A stretch of 64,000 nt of DNA, from assembly GCA_963716175.1 (NCBI GenBank), contig OY970296.1, positions 3,968,001 through 4,032,000 of the forward strand, written 5' to 3'. The stretch comes from an uncultured Armatimonadetes bacterium (GTDB lineage Bacteria > Armatimonadota > Hebobacteria > Hebobacterales > Hebobacteraceae). Numbering within the stretch: position 1 is the stretch's first letter; every line of letters starts with the position of its first letter. The position numbers were made by a program, and so were the translations under genes. The notes under the pieces are model-generated. The model saw only the letters and a program-made list of their open reading frames with translations. It had not been told where the DNA came from and did no database searches. Shown here in pieces: positions 62,452 to 64,000 of the stretch.

Positions 62452-64000
62452 TCAGTCGCTCTCCCGGAACTCGGCATCGATCACGCCTTCGTCGCCGCCT
62501 TCGCCGCCGGCCGCCTGGCTGGGTTCGCCGCCCTCCGGCCGGGTGCCAGCGCCTGCCGTCTGCGCCCCCGCGGCCTGCTGGTAAGCCAGCTCCGAGACCT
62601 TGGCAAAGGCGCGCTGCAGCTCGTCGGCGGCGGTGCGGATGCGCTCGATATCCTGTCCCTCCAGCGCCTTCTTCACCGCGTCTATTGCCTGCTGCGCCTT
62701 CTCTCGCTCGCCGGCCGGAATCTTGTCGCCCAGGTCGCGCAGACTGCGCTCGGCCGAGTACATCAGGGTCTCGGCCTGGTTGCGCGTCTCCGCCTGCTCG
62801 CGGCGGCCGCGGTCTTCCTCGGCGTGGCGGGAGGCGTCCTGCACCATGCGCTCGACTTCGTTGCGCTCCAGTTGGCTGGAGCCGGAGATCGTGATCTCCT
62901 GCTTGTTGCCCGTGGCCATATCCTTGGCAGTGACGTTCAGGATGCCGTTGACGTCAATGCTGAAGGTCACCTCGATCTTGGGGATGCCGCGCGGGGCGGG
63001 CGGGATGCCGGTGAGGCGGAACCGGCCCAGGCTGCGGCTATCCGCGGCCATGGAGCGCTCACCCTGGAGCACATGGATCTCCACCTCCGTCTGGCCGTCG
63101 GCGGCGGTGGTGAAGATCTCGCTCTTCTGGGTGGGGATGGTGGTATTGCGCTCGATCATGCGGTTCATCACTCCACCCAGCGTCTCGACGCCCAGAGAGA
63201 GCGGAGTCACGTCCAACAGCAGCACGTCGCGCACTTCCCGGACGATGATCCCGGCCTGAATGGCAGCGCCCATCGCCACCACTTCGTCCGGGTTGACGCC
63301 CTTGTGCGGCTCCTTCCCGCCGGTCAGCTTGCGGATCAGGTCCTGCACCATGGGCATGCGGGTAGCGCCGCCCACCAGCACCACTTCGTCCAGGCTGCGC
63401 ACCGCGATCTTGGCGTCGGCCAGCGCCTGCTCGAAGGGCCCCACCATGCGGTTGAGCAGATCCTGGGTCAGCTCCTCGAACTTCGCCCGGGTGAGGTTCA
63501 TATCCAGGTGCCGGGGGCCGGTCTGATCGGCGGTGACGAAGGGCAGGTTGATGCTGGTCTGCACCATGGTGGACAGCTCCACCTTCGCCTTCTCCGCTGC
63601 CTCCCGCAGACGCTGTAGCGCCTGGCGATCCTTGCGCAGGTCTATGCCCTGCTCTCGCTGGAACTGGTCGGCCACGTGGTTGACGATGCGCTCATCCCAG
63701 TCGTCCCCGCCCAGGTGAGTGTCGCCATTGGTGGCCTTCACCTCGCACACATTCTCCCCCACCTCCAGCAGCGAGACATCGAAGGTCCCGCCCCCTAGGT
63801 CCCACACCAGAATGGTCTGCTCCTTGGCCGTGGAATCGCGCCCGAACCCGTAAGCGAGCGAGGCCGCGGTCGGCTCGTTGATGATGCGCATCACCTCCAG
63901 CCCGGCGATCTCGCCGGCGTTCTTGGTGGCCGTGCGCTGGGCGTCGTTGAAGTAGGCCGGCACCGTGATCACCGCCCGCGAGACTTTCTCGCCCAGGTAG
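62452..64000 (-). CDS. dnaK: Chaperone DnaK (N-terminus beyond window edge)
   Basis: [50 protein letters not shown]. Confidence 0.98.
   Translation of the reverse strand, partial: YLGEKVSRAVITVPAYFNDAQRTATKNAGEIAGLEVMRIINEPTAASLAYGFGRDSTAKEQTILVWDLGGGTFDVSLLEVGENVCEVKATNGDTHLGGDDWDERIVNHVADQFQREQGIDLRKDRQALQRLREAAEKAKVELSTMVQTSINLPFVTADQTGPRHLDMNLTRAKFEELTQDLLNRMVGPFEQALADAKIAVRSLDEVVLVGGATRMPMVQDLIRKLTGGKEPHKGVNPDEVVAMGAAIQAGIIVREVRDVLLLDVTPLSLGVETLGGVMNRMIERNTTIPTQKSEIFTTAADGQTEVEIHVLQGERSMAADSRSLGRFRLTGIPPAPRGIPKIEVTFSIDVNGILNVTAKDMATGNKQEITISGSSQLERNEVERMVQDASRHAEEDRGRREQAETRNQAETLMYSAERSLRDLGDKIPAGEREKAQQAIDAVKKALEGQDIERIRTAADELQRAFAKVSELAYQQAAGAQTAGAGTRPEGGEPSQAAGGEGGDEGVIDAEFRESD

Noticed and set aside
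58990-63618. 597-aa and 485-aa plus-strand ORFs opposite clp and dnaK
   Set aside because: Typical antisense shadows of conserved high-GC chaperone genes.
1-64000. tRNA, rRNA, tmRNA, RNase P, CRISPR array, RAYT/transposase or integrase
   Set aside because: No diagnostic motifs were found by eye; any mobiliser of the repeats must be encoded elsewhere.

Overview
GC-rich bacterial chromosome segment (GC judged by eye, not computed). Gene content suggests Armatimonadota or a relative; this is inferred from the H-X9-DG prepilin-like protein and the secreted paralog pair. Recognisable genes, left to right: 3' end of ligA; AMMECR1 and HD proteins; an uncharacterised DUF6754-type membrane operon interrupted by a GxxExxY nuclease gene between inverted repeats; mtaB; a GT-C glycosyltransferase; a B12 radical SAM protein; a 3D/G5 protein; kinase and macro-domain genes; pabB/pabC. 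These are followed by a cobalamin-riboswitch operon (prepilin-like gene, cobU, cobT, cobS, btuF), a GH2-like protein, an M20 peptidase, and a ydaL/ydaM-like exopolysaccharide locus headed by a Com-like zinc-ribbon gene. The right end holds pfkB, larA-like and Cof genes, mreD-mrdA, an M16 peptidase, and a dnaK-hsp20-dnaJ-hspR-clp operon. No rRNA, tRNA, CRISPR array or transposase was seen. Strongest leads: (1) a B12-riboswitch-controlled pilin-like protein heading a corrinoid salvage operon; (2) the GxxExxY cassette whose flanks could loop it out exactly between a stop and a start codon; (3) three copies of a ~105-bp double-hairpin element with covarying stems and a conserved loop; (4) REP-like hairpins inside mtaB, pabB and the riboswitch, plus one flanked by a 28-bp duplication; (5) the zinc-ribbon/AGAGCC hairpin ahead of the EPS locus. 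Five genes carry single frameshifts that are most likely sequencing or assembly indels. All family assignments come from motif recognition; no database search was run.
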